A stretch of 64,000 bases of DNA from Microcoleus sp. (GTDB lineage: Bacteria > Cyanobacteriota > Cyanobacteriia > Cyanobacteriales > Microcoleaceae), in assembly GCA_052279835.1 (NCBI GenBank), contig CP181291.1:3200001-3264000 (forward strand). Reading direction: 5' to 3'. Numbering within the stretch: the first letter of the stretch is position 1; each line of letters opens with the position of its first letter. The notes beneath the pieces were generated by a model. That model ran no database searches and was not told where the DNA came from. It was given only the letters and a program-made list of their open reading frames with translations. Below are positions 1 to 9,839 of the stretch, piece after piece. The position numbers and the translations under genes are program-made.

Positions 1-275
1 AAAATGCTGTCTTGATTCTTTGCTTAATTTTATTTTTATAGCGGGTATGCTGGGATTGGTAGTCCATTTTTTTAGACCGATTATTGACATTTTTAACCCT
101 TGAGAAAAGCACAGGTTTTAATAGGAACCAGAACCGTGACTATGTTTGCCTGATTATAGCATTCAGCTTCCTAGATACAATGGCTATTGTTCCTTATTCT
201 CTTTGCCTTGGGCCTTTGAGGGAGTTGGGGTTGGGCATTTGTTCTGCCTTCGCCCCAAGGGGGGATTCTGCTTGC

Positions 276-1970
276 TTATTTTTTCGATAAAAGCTTTGCC
301 AAAACATTCCGCGTTATCTGTTGAGCTCCGCTATTCAAAACAGGCGATCGCAACTGTGGCGCATTATAATCATCCAATCCCCAGATCCACTGCATCGAAC
401 CAGTAGCAAATACTTTCGCCCCTGAATCTGCCGTATAAACAGTCATGTCAGCATAGCGAGTCCCCCCACCGTAAGGATAGGGAGAATGGGCGACACGAAC
501 TATATTTTTCGGGGCATTGCCAAACATTCGATCGACTTCATAACCCAAAAGTCCTGGCAACTTGTCACCCTGTTTTAAATCAGTTTTTTCTAGTAGCCAA
601 TCCGGGGCGCTTTCAGCAATCACAATGTCGGAATTCACCTGAAATGTTTCGTACATCACACCAATTAAAGAATCTTCGGGGAGCCCGATCGCGCGATCGC
701 GCCAGCGAGTTGTCACCAAAGAATCAAGTACCGGTAATTTATTGTAAGTAGCAGTTTCACCTAATTCGGCTTTGCCAATACCGTAATTTAACTCCCCGGC
801 AGCCGCTATTTTTACAGGTACATTAACTCCACCCACTTCCTGACTCAATCCCCCCATCGGGTCTAGATCTGCCATTTCTTTATAAGCAACTACGGTTCGA
901 TTCACTTCCCCAGTAATTCTGCTGGGCTCTAAGCGAATTTGCCAATAGCAAATATTCGAGCCAAAAAACCCGATACTAACGCCTTTATCTCTAGCTTGTT
1001 CTATATTTTCTCGCATATCCCTCGACCAATATTCATCGTGACCTACGGATAAAAATGCTTGGTGAGATAATAGCAAACGCGAGTTAAAATGGGTATCGAT
1101 ATTAGTTGCATAAGTGACATCATACCCTTCTTTTTCTAGCCACCTCAGCATATTGTATTCCCAACCAGCACTCGCAGTTCTCCTTTTTGGCTGAAAATTG
1201 GTTAAAAATTCCCCAGCCCCGATACCATAAGCTGCCTTGCGATTGGGACTCATACCGTAGGGTCGATTAAATGAAACTTTATAGGCTTGTTTGCCGCGAC
1301 TGTTCCAGCGGTAAAGGGATTTGTAGCCCCAATTGTTGTAAGCTTGAAAAGTAGTAACGCTGGATTGAAACAACAGAGCGGATTTGCGCTCGTCATCCCG
1401 GACTACAAAAATAATATAACTTTGCTTTCCCGTTTTGCTGCCAGTCAATTTTGCCAAATAAATCCCGCTTGTCCATTCATCTGTGCGATCGGGAATTTGC
1501 AAAATATACGGGTCTTGCCAATGGCACTCAATTAGTCCCGATGCTTCGTCTTCCTGTGGTGGTTTTTGTCTGATTCCCTTGCGAATAATTGGGTCATTCA
1601 TTCGCCTTCCGCCCAGCCCATTATACCAACCCATCCGAAATATGTCTATGGTATAATTAGGATCGTTAGTATTAACAAATAATTTAATTGATTCACCCCG
1701 ATTCACGCTGGTGAGAGAGGCATAACCTTCGATTTCTCGTTTGATGGCAGGATTTGTCAATTCCCAATCGGTTGTGCCTGGTTTTTGGTTTTCTAGGATG
1801 GTGGAATTAGTGGCGATCCTCTTCGAGGGCTTCGCTAACGCACTTTTTTCTAGACTAGAATAGTTTTGAGAACTGGCTGCTTTGTTAGCCAAAAAAGGAA
1901 GGGCTAAGCCAGTTAAGAAAGCTTTGATCAACTCTCGACGATGCAATTTGCCAAATAGGCTGACAGTCAT
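276..1970 (-). CDS. Tat-exported N,N-dimethylformamidase beta-subunit-like (DUF6605-type) protein
   Basis: 564-aa ORF; twin-arginine signal HRRELIKAF; motifs TFQAYNNWG, VSFNRPY, LSVGHDEYWS, VFATGSMQW typical of the family. Confidence 0.75.
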   Translation of the reverse strand: MTVSLFGKLHRRELIKAFLTGLALPFLANKAASSQNYSSLEKSALAKPSKRIATNSTILENQKPGTTDWELTNPAIKREIEGYASLTSVNRGESIKLFVNTNDPNYTIDIFRMGWYNGLGGRRMNDPIIRKGIRQKPPQEDEASGLIECHWQDPYILQIPDRTDEWTSGIYLAKLTGSKTGKQSYIIFVVRDDERKSALLFQSSVTTFQAYNNWGYKSLYRWNSRGKQAYKVSFNRPYGMSPNRKAAYGIGAGEFLTNFQPKRRTASAGWEYNMLRWLEKEGYDVTYATNIDTHFNSRLLLSHQAFLSVGHDEYWSRDMRENIEQARDKGVSIGFFGSNICYWQIRLEPSRITGEVNRTVVAYKEMADLDPMGGLSQEVGGVNVPVKIAAAGELNYGIGKAELGETATYNKLPVLDSLVTTRWRDRAIGLPEDSLIGVMYETFQVNSDIVIAESAPDWLLEKTDLKQGDKLPGLLGYEVDRMFGNAPKNIVRVAHSPYPYGGGTRYADMTVYTADSGAKVFATGSMQWIWGLDDYNAPQLRSPVLNSGAQQITRNVLAKLLSKK

Positions 1971-2258
1971 TGGATTTTAGATGGGAGACAGGGAGAGGTG
2001 ATGTAGGCTACACATAACTTTACATCAGCCTCAGAAGACATCATACCTGGTGTAGATTATTTGCGATCGAACTTATGTACGGGCTGCTAAGACTCTGAAT
2101 GGGGATGTGTCGATCGCATTTCTTCACATATCATGTCTTAAGCTAAACAATTTTAGCTCGCAAAGCCGATTTGAGATTTTTGAGGTACAAGCCTGGGGAA
2201 ACATCCTAGCCACCTGGAAAATCTACAATCTAAAATCGATGAGCCTATTGATTTTGAC

Positions 2259-2308
2259 CCAAAAAATGGGATTCAAGCCCCGTCCTTCTAGGGACGGGCG
2301 AGTGTCAA
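2259..2308 (+). mobile_element. 50-bp IS200/IS605-derived mini element (fused left and right ends, PATE-like)
   Basis: TTGAC (2254-2258), then CCAAAAAATGGGATTCAAG, hairpin CCCGTCC-TTCTAG-GGACGGG, ending GAGTGTCAA; resembles cyanobacterial IS605 left/right end sequences. Confidence 0.65.
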
Positions 2309-2331
2309 CTCCCTGTTACTTTGTACCACTG

Positions 2332-4284
2332 ATGAGTCAATCAACCAATTCCCCGCTATCTCAACCACTATCACGACGAACCGCCCTCAAATTCCTCGGA
2401 GTTGGTGCCGCCGGCGGGCTCCTGGGCTACTCTAGATTTTCCAAGCCAGAGCCCACCGTGTTTCAGCAAGACACCCTCGATTTACCGCAACTGCTAAACA
2501 CCCCCAAAACCGTTGTAGTTGTCGGTGCTGGCTTGGCTGGGCTCGCCTGCGCCTACGAACTTAGTCAGCGGGGTTTCGCCGTAACGCTGTTGGAGAAATC
2601 GCCCCAACTAGGCGGCAAGATTGCTAGTTGGCCGATTTCCGTGGGGAACCAAACTTTTATGATGGAACATGGTTTCCATGGTTTTTTTCCACAATACTAC
2701 AACCTCAAAAGCGTAGTTCAAGAATTAGAAATTACCGACAACTTTGTATCTTTAGAATCCTACGCAGTTATCTTTAGAGATGGCAAATACAAACCAGAAG
2801 TTTTTCGTCCTAATCATTCCGCTTTTCCTTGGAACATAGTTGACTTAGGGATAGCTTCTCCTAACTGGACGAAGTGGGGAATCAATCTGACTAAACCCGC
2901 CCACTGGCAAGTATTTCGGGAAATAGGCGGTTTTCAAACTCAAAAAAGTTTCGCTAGACTCGATAACATCTCCGTTGCTGATTGGGTAAAAGGTGAGTTT
3001 CCCCGCGGACTTTATGACTTGTATTTCCTGCCTTTTGCTAAATCTAGTCTCAACTCGCCGGATGAATTGAGTGTGGGAGAATTAATGCAGTTTTTCCACT
3101 TCTACTTTTTCGGAAATCCCGAAGGTTTAGCATTCAATGGGACGCGGCAAGATATGGGAACCAGTTTAGTACAACCCATTGCTAAATACATTGAACGTAA
3201 AGGCGGAAAAGTATTGACAGATGTGGCGGTTAGTAACATTCATTGGGAAAATGGCAAGATTGATTCCCTGAGTTACCAGTCAGGAGATGTGCAAAGTAAA
3301 GTACCTTTCTGGGTGAAGCAAAATTCACTGTTAAAGGACAGTAACGCCACGGCATATTTTGGGGCGGGAGATAGTGTGTATGCCACAGTACCGGGAGGAA
3401 AAGAGGCAATTTCCCTGAGTTGTACTCACCAGGGCTGCACGGTGCAGAAGCAGAATGATGGTCAATTTCATTGTCCTTGTCACGGAGCAGTTTTTGATGC
3501 CGAAGGGCGAGTGGTTAGCGGTCCTGCACAACGGGATTTACCGAGATTTAAGGTGGTTGCTAAAAAAGATAATGAGGTACAATTGGCAGCAGCATTTGAC
3601 CAGTCACTACCTCAAACTATAGAGGAAACATTGCAGGCTGATTACTATGTTTTGGCGACGGATGTGCCGGGAATGCAGCATTTGTTTAGTTTGGCTAGCG
3701 GTGAGGTGAATCCGCAGGTGCAGAGTCGGATTGAGAGTTTGAAAATAGCCGATCCGTTTGCGGTTGGTCGTTTTTGGTTCGATCGCGATTTTGCATGGGA
3801 ACAGAGCAATTTTAGCTCGCTTTCCGGCTACAAACTGACTGATAGCATTACGCTTTACCACCGCATTCAAGATCAATTCATCGCGTGGCACAAAGAAACT
3901 GGCGGCAGTGTAGTTGAGTTACACGCCTATTGTTATAAGGAAAAAGATTTTCCGAATCAACAAGTTTTGCTGGCTACTTTTGAGCAAGAGTTGTATGAAA
4001 TTGTGCCGGAATTAAAACAGGCAACTATGCTGCATCGGGAATTGGTAAATCAAAAGAATTTCTCTGGTTATCCGCCCGGTAGTTATGCGGAACGCCCGGA
4101 GACTTCCTGTGATGTTCCTAATCTTGTATTTGCGGGAGATTGGGTGAAAATGCCTTTTCCTTGCGGTTTAATGGAAAGGGCGGTTAGCAGTGGTTTGTTG
4201 GCGGCTAATGCTATTTTATATCAGGAGGGTTTGCAGAGGCGATCGCTCTTGACCGTCAATCCTGAAGGTGTACTGAAAATCTAA
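2332..4284 (+). CDS. cruE: FAD-dependent carotenoid desaturase/methyltransferase with Rieske insertion (CrtU/CruE family)
   Basis: GAGLAGL dinucleotide fold, MEHGFHGFFPQYYN, Rieske CTHQGC...CPCHG, C-terminal AGDWV..CGLMERA; start moved to ATG 2332 (MSQST) before an SRR motif. Confidence 0.7.
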   Translation: MSQSTNSPLSQPLSRRTALKFLGVGAAGGLLGYSRFSKPEPTVFQQDTLDLPQLLNTPKTVVVVGAGLAGLACAYELSQRGFAVTLLEKSPQLGGKIASWPISVGNQTFMMEHGFHGFFPQYYNLKSVVQELEITDNFVSLESYAVIFRDGKYKPEVFRPNHSAFPWNIVDLGIASPNWTKWGINLTKPAHWQVFREIGGFQTQKSFARLDNISVADWVKGEFPRGLYDLYFLPFAKSSLNSPDELSVGELMQFFHFYFFGNPEGLAFNGTRQDMGTSLVQPIAKYIERKGGKVLTDVAVSNIHWENGKIDSLSYQSGDVQSKVPFWVKQNSLLKDSNATAYFGAGDSVYATVPGGKEAISLSCTHQGCTVQKQNDGQFHCPCHGAVFDAEGRVVSGPAQRDLPRFKVVAKKDNEVQLAAAFDQSLPQTIEETLQADYYVLATDVPGMQHLFSLASGEVNPQVQSRIESLKIADPFAVGRFWFDRDFAWEQSNFSSLSGYKLTDSITLYHRIQDQFIAWHKETGGSVVELHAYCYKEKDFPNQQVLLATFEQELYEIVPELKQATMLHRELVNQKNFSGYPPGSYAERPETSCDVPNLVFAGDWVKMPFPCGLMERAVSSGLLAANAILYQEGLQRRSLLTVNPEGVLKI

Positions 4285-4364
4285 TGTTTTCAGCCTGACG
4301 GGGGCGGGTTTGAGAGATTAGACATCTCCGATAATTCTGGTAGGGTAGGCATCTTGTCTGCCCT

Positions 4365-6029
4365 TTACAATTTCTGTTCTCCAGTCCGAAAAACAACTAT
4401 TCCATTTTCTACAGCAACTAGATCTATTTTCAGCGGACCGGCAATATATGTAACATCAGTGGCGATCGCCTGAACCTCCAAAGGTTTATCATATTGTTGC
4501 AGGCGATCGACAAAACTAGCCACTGTTTCAATCCGATTATCCGCAACTTGGACTCTACCGCCGACAACACCAATCAAACGAGCCCGAAATTGGCAAGCTT
4601 CAATTAATTGCTGCAACTGCTGTCTTACCTGTTCGTCTTTTAAGACTAGGGGATCGATAGAAACTCCTGCAATCACATCTCCAGCCCGGAATACAACTCG
4701 ATTGATTTCGGCTTCGGCAAATACTTTGATCCGCTTTTCTTCCCGCAGGTAGTTAGCGCCGGCGACAATTCTGACTACATAATCTTGACCGTCTTTTATT
4801 TGATTAAGGAGTTGTTCAATTTCGGCATTGGTAATTTGAACTATCTGCTCTTTTACCTTGGTATTTCCAGGCTGCATGAGTCCGACAGTGGTTTTATTTG
4901 CTTCTTGCAATAGTCGATCGATGGCGCGACTGGCTAGGGCTGGTTCGGCGATGCGAACAACTCCCGCAGCTAAAATTTGGCCGCGCCTGATGGCAACAGT
5001 CCCCTCGCGAATTGCCTGAAAGTCTCTTTCTAAAACTTGTACTTGCTGTTGCAATAAAGCTTGTTGCTGTTCCAGTTGTGTTTGTTGCTCTGCTAGGGTT
5101 TCTAAGAGAGCTTCTCTTTCGGCAATTACTTTGTCTCGATCGACTATAGCTCGATCGCGATCGGCTAGATTTTGGACTCGCTCGGCAATTTCCTTGTCTC
5201 GCTGAGCAATTAGTTTGTTGCGCGAGCCAATTTCCTGGTCCCGCTTGGCAATTTCTTGGTTCCGCTGGGCAATTTCTTGGTCCCGTTGGGCAATTTGAGT
5301 TTTTACTCGCTCTCGTTGTTCAATTAACTGTTGTCGTTCGGTTTGTAGTTGGGTGATTTCTGAGCCTAAAGCTCTCTTTTGAGTAGAAACTGTTTTCAAT
5401 TGATTTTCAGTGCGATCGAGCTGAGATTGCGTGCTGGCTTTGGCTACTTCCACAATCGTCAGTTGTTCTTCAGTGCGCAACTTAGCTGCTTCCATCGTCG
5501 CAAGCTGTTTTTCGGTTTGAGATTTAGCTGCTTCTACCTGACTCAGTTGCTGTTGAGTTTTGGACTTGGCAGCTTCCACATTATTGAGTTGGGCTCGCAG
5601 AGACTTTAATTTGGTTTGGGTCTCGGCTTGCTCGGCATTAGCCATTTGCAACGAACGATTAATCTCTTCTAAATTGGCCTTAGCTTGGGCTTGAGCAGCC
5701 CAAGCTTGGCTTAATTCAGTTTCAACTCGTTTTTTTTCTTCAGTGGCCAGATTGAGTTCTCTGCGGGCGTTATTGAGTCTTTTTTGAATTTCATCTATTC
5801 TAAAAACCCCTGTGCGAAGCGGCTTGCTGGTAGCAAACAAGATGCCAAGAGTTGTGGCTGACAGAATGCTACCAGCCATCACTGTCACCACAACAGCAGT
5901 ATCGCGGGGGCGAAGTTTGAATAAACTTAATCTGGCCTTGCCGACTTTTGTCCCAAGGCGATCGCTGACAGTAGCGATCACACCCCCCAAAATTAAAATT
6001 ACAAATACTAGGATGTATCCAGCAGTCAT
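4365..6029 (-). CDS. DUF3084 coiled-coil membrane protein
   Basis: N-terminal GGVIATVSDRLGTKVGKARLSLFKLRPRDTA signature, long heptad repeats; usual neighbour of ntcA. Confidence 0.85.
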   Translation of the reverse strand: MTAGYILVFVILILGGVIATVSDRLGTKVGKARLSLFKLRPRDTAVVVTVMAGSILSATTLGILFATSKPLRTGVFRIDEIQKRLNNARRELNLATEEKKRVETELSQAWAAQAQAKANLEEINRSLQMANAEQAETQTKLKSLRAQLNNVEAAKSKTQQQLSQVEAAKSQTEKQLATMEAAKLRTEEQLTIVEVAKASTQSQLDRTENQLKTVSTQKRALGSEITQLQTERQQLIEQRERVKTQIAQRDQEIAQRNQEIAKRDQEIGSRNKLIAQRDKEIAERVQNLADRDRAIVDRDKVIAEREALLETLAEQQTQLEQQQALLQQQVQVLERDFQAIREGTVAIRRGQILAAGVVRIAEPALASRAIDRLLQEANKTTVGLMQPGNTKVKEQIVQITNAEIEQLLNQIKDGQDYVVRIVAGANYLREEKRIKVFAEAEINRVVFRAGDVIAGVSIDPLVLKDEQVRQQLQQLIEACQFRARLIGVVGGRVQVADNRIETVASFVDRLQQYDKPLEVQAIATDVTYIAGPLKIDLVAVENGIVVFRTGEQKL

Positions 6030-6066
6030 TCCGATTCCATAGCTTGTCTAAATCATCGAGCAAATA

Positions 6067-6136
6067 TGTAGGGGTAGTGGATGGTGCGTGCCTACCCCTA
6101 AGCGATCGGGGCAACCGGGCGTGGGATTGCCCCTAC
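6067..6136. repeat. GTAG-type REP doublet (REPIN-like)
   Basis: TGTAGGGG...CCCCTACA ends with internal hairpins; reverse complement resembles the element at 31867-31957. Confidence 0.65.
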
Positions 6137-6169
6137 AAAAATTACACAAATCATTTAGGCTGGCTATGA

Positions 6170-6213
6170 ATTTGGGATTTGGGATTCAATCCCAAATCCC
6201 AAATCCCAAATCC
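6170..6213. repeat. Inverted heptamer (GGGATTT/AAATCCC) STRR-type hairpin downstream of ntcA
   Basis: tttgggatttgggattcaatcccaaatcccaaatcccaaatcc. Confidence 0.7.
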
Positions 6214-6228
6214 TATAGTATCTCGGTG

Positions 6229-6918
6229 TCAAGTGAATTGCTGGCCTAAAGCCACCGGGTTATGGACTGTGATCTTTTTCTTGTGGATCGAGATCATTTT
6301 TTCTTGTCTGAGATCCCCCAGCAAGCGAGTCACCGTTACTCGCGTTGAGCCGATCGCCTCTGCGATCGCCTGATGAGACAACTTTAAATCAATCGTAATC
6401 CCTTCAGTACCGGGCATACCAAAATCCCGGCACAGAATCAGCAAAAAGCTGACCAATCTCGAACCCATATCTCGATGGGCCAACGTTTCGATCATCATCT
6501 CAGTTTGCAAAATCCGAGAAGACAATCCCCGCAGCATCACCATCGATAGTTCTGGGTCTTCCTTGAGGGCTTTTTCCACTTGTTCGATCGGCAATGAGAT
6601 CAATTCGACGGGCGTAAAGGCTACGGCGTGGTAAAACCTGTCAGAGCGGTGTCCTGTAATCAGAGACAGCACCCCAAATACGCTATTTTCGCGGAGAAGG
6701 GCAACAGTAATTTCTTCTCCTGCTTCATATACCCTGGAGAGCTTAACAGCACCTTTAATGAGAACGTAGACGCGCTCAGCCGGGTCTCCAGGGAAAAAAA
6801 TTGTCTTGCCCCGTTCAAAGGTTTCCACAATGGGTGGGAACGCCCCGCCGCTGATTTGGCGGAACACGGCTGCTAGCGGTCTATCATGGGTCACGACCTG
6901 ATCCTTTCTACTAATCAA
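6229..6918 (-). CDS. ntcA: Global nitrogen regulator NtcA
   Basis: [49 protein letters not shown]; true start may be a few codons downstream (VVTHD). Confidence 0.97.
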   Translation of the reverse strand: MISRKDQVVTHDRPLAAVFRQISGGAFPPIVETFERGKTIFFPGDPAERVYVLIKGAVKLSRVYEAGEEITVALLRENSVFGVLSLITGHRSDRFYHAVAFTPVELISLPIEQVEKALKEDPELSMVMLRGLSSRILQTEMMIETLAHRDMGSRLVSFLLILCRDFGMPGTEGITIDLKLSHQAIAEAIGSTRVTVTRLLGDLRQEKMISIHKKKITVHNPVALGQQFT

Positions 6919-7098
6919 TGCTCTGTAACTTGAAAATTAACATTTTTGAGTAAATATACTTTCCAACCTCCTGTATTGGATGATTCAATAACTTCCATCT
7001 AATGTTAAGGTAAACACACACTGTATGATTAAATCTAGCCCTTCTCTTAACTTTTTCAATTCCGCCCCCAAGTAGCTCCACAGCCAAATTAATCTTAA

Positions 7099-7158
7099 TT
7101 GTGTCTCAGTTGTGTCTCAATTGTGTCTCAATCAGTGATATTTCAATCAGTTGTGTCT
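7099..7158. repeat. 11-bp tandem direct repeat TTGTGTCTCA(G/A) x3 plus a partial 4th in the ntcA/fabI divergent promoter
   Basis: copies start at 7099, 7110, 7121 and 7151. Confidence 0.8.
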
Positions 7159-7223
7159 AAATAGGTGGCGTGGTTGAATCTAGCCAACGAGAACGGTGCA
7201 AGTTGCTTCTAGATAAACTACAG

Positions 7224-8000
7224 ATGATAGATTTGACCGGAAAAAATGCTCTTGTTACGGGCATTGCCAACAATCGCTCGATCGCCTGGGGCATTGCTCA
7301 GCAGCTCCACAAAGCAGGGGCCAATCTTGGCATCACTTATTTGAAAGACGAAAAAGGTAAACACGAGCGGAAAGTCGCTGAACTCGTGGAACCGCTCAAT
7401 CCCAGTCTGTATTTGCCCTGCAATGTCCAAAATGAGATGGAAATTGAGTCCACTTTTGAGACGATCGCCGACAAGTGGGGCAAGTTAGATATTCTGGTTC
7501 ACTGTTTGGCTTTTGCCGGCAAGGACGAACTCTCAGGAGATTTCACCAATACTTCGCGAGAAGGTTTCTCTAATGCTTTGGATATTAGCGCTTACTCCCT
7601 AGTACGGCTTTGTGCAGCGGCGAAACCCTTGATGGCCGAAGGTGGCAGTATTATCACCTTGACTTATCTCGGCGGTGTCCGAGTAGTTCCCAATTATAAC
7701 GTAATGGGAATTGCTAAGGCCGCATTGGAAATGAATGTTCGCTATCTGGCGGCGGAACTTGGCCCGTTAAATATTCGGGTAAATGCAATTTCTTCTGGCC
7801 CAATTCGGACTTTGGCTTCGTCAGCAGTTGGCGGCATTCTGGACATGATCCACCACGTTGAGGAAGTCGCTCCCCTGCGACGCACGGTGACTCAACAGGA
7901 AGTAGGAAATGCTGCGGCTTTTCTGTGCAGCAATCTCGCTAGCGGGATTACGGGTCAGATTTTGTATGTAGATGCTGGTTACGAAATCATGGGAATGTAA
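7224..8000 (+). CDS. fabI: Enoyl-ACP reductase FabI
   Basis: GIANNRSIAWGIA, YNVMGIAKAALE, GPIRTLAS; start at MIDLTGK. Confidence 0.96.
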   Translation: MIDLTGKNALVTGIANNRSIAWGIAQQLHKAGANLGITYLKDEKGKHERKVAELVEPLNPSLYLPCNVQNEMEIESTFETIADKWGKLDILVHCLAFAGKDELSGDFTNTSREGFSNALDISAYSLVRLCAAAKPLMAEGGSIITLTYLGGVRVVPNYNVMGIAKAALEMNVRYLAAELGPLNIRVNAISSGPIRTLASSAVGGILDMIHHVEEVAPLRRTVTQQEVGNAAAFLCSNLASGITGQILYVDAGYEIMGM

Positions 8001-8149
8001 TAAGATTCTAGGAAAGTTTTGAGTTTTGTAGGGTGGGTTAAGAGAGTAAACTTTAATTTTAATAAGTAAGTTGTATGCAAAACCCACCCCTTGCTTGAGA
8101 CTCCCCACTACAAAAATTCTCCGCTCAAATTACTAATTATCAATTACTC

Positions 8150-8809
8150 ATGAATGACAAATTGCGACTTATGGAAACAATCGATCGCCCTTCTGTTCCT
8201 CCTGTAAATTCAGTTAGCCTGCTGAGGGCTGCTTCGGTGAAGCGCACGACACTGGAAACCGATGTGAATGTGAGCCTGAATCTCGACGGTTCGGGAACTT
8301 GTAAAGCGGCGACTGGAATTCCATTTTTAGATCATATGTTGGATCAGATTGCTTCTCACGGATTGATCGATTTGGATGTACAGGCGATCGGGGATTTAGC
8401 CATTGACGATCATCACACGAACGAGGATGTGGGGATTACGTTAGGACAAACTCTCGCAAAAGCTGTCGGAGATCGATCGGGCATTTCTCGTTTCGGTCAT
8501 TTCATCGCCCCGCTAGATGAAGCTTTAGTTGAAGTAGTCCTAGATTTTTCGGGAAGGCCTCACTTAAGCTACAATTTGCAGATTCCCAATCAGCGGATTG
8601 GTACTTACGATACCGAGTTAGTGAAAGAGTTTTTTTCAGCGGTAGTGAACCATTGTCAAATGACACTGCACATTCGACAGTTGCAGGGTGGAAATTCCCA
8701 TCACATTGTGGAAGCGGCGTTTAAGGCCTTTGCGCGGGCTTTGCGGATGGCTGTGGCGATCGATCCGCGGCGCGCCAGTCGGATTCCGAGTTCTAAAGGG
8801 GTTTTGTAG
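8150..8809 (+). CDS. hisB: Imidazoleglycerol-phosphate dehydratase
   Basis: [39 protein letters not shown]. Confidence 0.96.
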   Translation: MNDKLRLMETIDRPSVPPVNSVSLLRAASVKRTTLETDVNVSLNLDGSGTCKAATGIPFLDHMLDQIASHGLIDLDVQAIGDLAIDDHHTNEDVGITLGQTLAKAVGDRSGISRFGHFIAPLDEALVEVVLDFSGRPHLSYNLQIPNQRIGTYDTELVKEFFSAVVNHCQMTLHIRQLQGGNSHHIVEAAFKAFARALRMAVAIDPRRASRIPSSKGVL

Positions 8810-8988
8810 TATCAGGGTTTGTAGTGGCGCGATCGGGCTGCTGCAAACCTGTAAATTAAAATAGAGATATCAATAACAGGGTTTTCCATCAGCGTTAATC
8901 AGCCTTAATTTGCGTTCAACAAAAAGGGCTATCCCAAAATCATATCAAATCCGGTAGACTAAAGCATAAATTGTTGCAGATACTCGCT

Positions 8989-9441
8989 CTACTTTAGTGA
9001 ATTTACAGGTCGTTTTAAAATTTGTTGAACCACACCATAATAATTAGGATTTTCTAACCCTTTTAATTCATGTTGGATATCTTCCCAATCCCCTAATTTA
9101 CTTTTCCGCATACCATTCTTTTCTTGTATTGCAGCGTGTTGCGGTTCACCGTTATAGGTGTATATTGCTATCTTTTGAAATCCCGGTTCAATGTCACCAT
9201 TATCGCAACATTCATATCCAATAGTTTGATAAGCCTTGATAAAAGCATCCAACGTTAACTCTCTTGGTACACCATCGGGCCAGTATCCATCTGGGTCTAC
9301 CGGGTCCCATCTACAGTCCTCTTCGCCAGCCACGAAAGCAAAGCAATTATAATCAACTGTTTCTTCACTTGTTACTTCATATTCAGTATTCTCTAGATTA
9401 GGAAATCTCAAGAGTTTACGATATTCCAGCCTACCATTCAT
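8989..9441 (-). CDS. Uncharacterised protein with YNC...H...SKLG motif (DUF7689-like from recall; possible papain-like fold)
   Basis: 150-aa ORF: DYNCFAFVAG, EPQHAAIQ, KSKLGD; overlaps the upstream ORF by 11 nt. Confidence 0.7.
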   Translation of the reverse strand: MNGRLEYRKLLRFPNLENTEYEVTSEETVDYNCFAFVAGEEDCRWDPVDPDGYWPDGVPRELTLDAFIKAYQTIGYECCDNGDIEPGFQKIAIYTYNGEPQHAAIQEKNGMRKSKLGDWEDIQHELKGLENPNYYGVVQQILKRPVNSLK

Positions 9442-9775
9442 AGCCGTGTTCTTTTCCCCATTGTATCCATGCTTGAGCCATTTGTTTCATTCGACCACGC
9501 TGTTCTGGTTTTACCGGATTATCACCAGTAATTGCTCTCAACGCCCAAAACCAATGATCTGGTTTTTGTTCGAGATCCCGGAAAATTAACGGTACAATAG
9601 GCTGTCCCATGCCAATAATTCTCTGATAAGCTGGGTGCATTGACTTTTGTGTAACTAATGACAGCATCCTTGTCTGGTCGCGCCATTCTTCTACGAGGCT
9701 ATTAAACTCCGCTTCGATTTCTACGTGACTTTTAATCGGGTATTTATAAGTTGTGATGCGATCGGGTAGTTTCAT
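9431..9775 (-). CDS. Conserved hypothetical helical protein, partner of the downstream ORF
   Basis: 114 aa; HPAYQRIIGMG..VPLI..L...PDHWFWALRAITG.NPV motif; overlap suggests translational coupling. Confidence 0.7.
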   Translation of the reverse strand: MKLPDRITTYKYPIKSHVEIEAEFNSLVEEWRDQTRMLSLVTQKSMHPAYQRIIGMGQPIVPLIFRDLEQKPDHWFWALRAITGDNPVKPEQRGRMKQMAQAWIQWGKEHGYEW

Positions 9776-9839
9776 GTCAAGCCGTGGCTACTTCATAAAT
9801 CTATATTACCCGATCTTGGTTCTGCGGGCGATCGCACTA

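Noticed and set aside
1..90. Possible start of a minus-strand gene running off the left edge
   Set aside because: Two short open frames, no recognisable motif
2107..2331. 75-aa N-terminal extension of the desaturase ORF
   Set aside because: Runs through heptamer repeats and the IS605 remnant; ATG 2332 fits better
5130..5600. 21- and 42-nt repeats in DUF3084
   Set aside because: Ordinary coiled-coil coding repeats
6920..7060. NtcA autoregulatory box
   Set aside because: Only non-canonical matches (e.g. GTA-N8-TTC at 6973); no GTA-N8-TAC found
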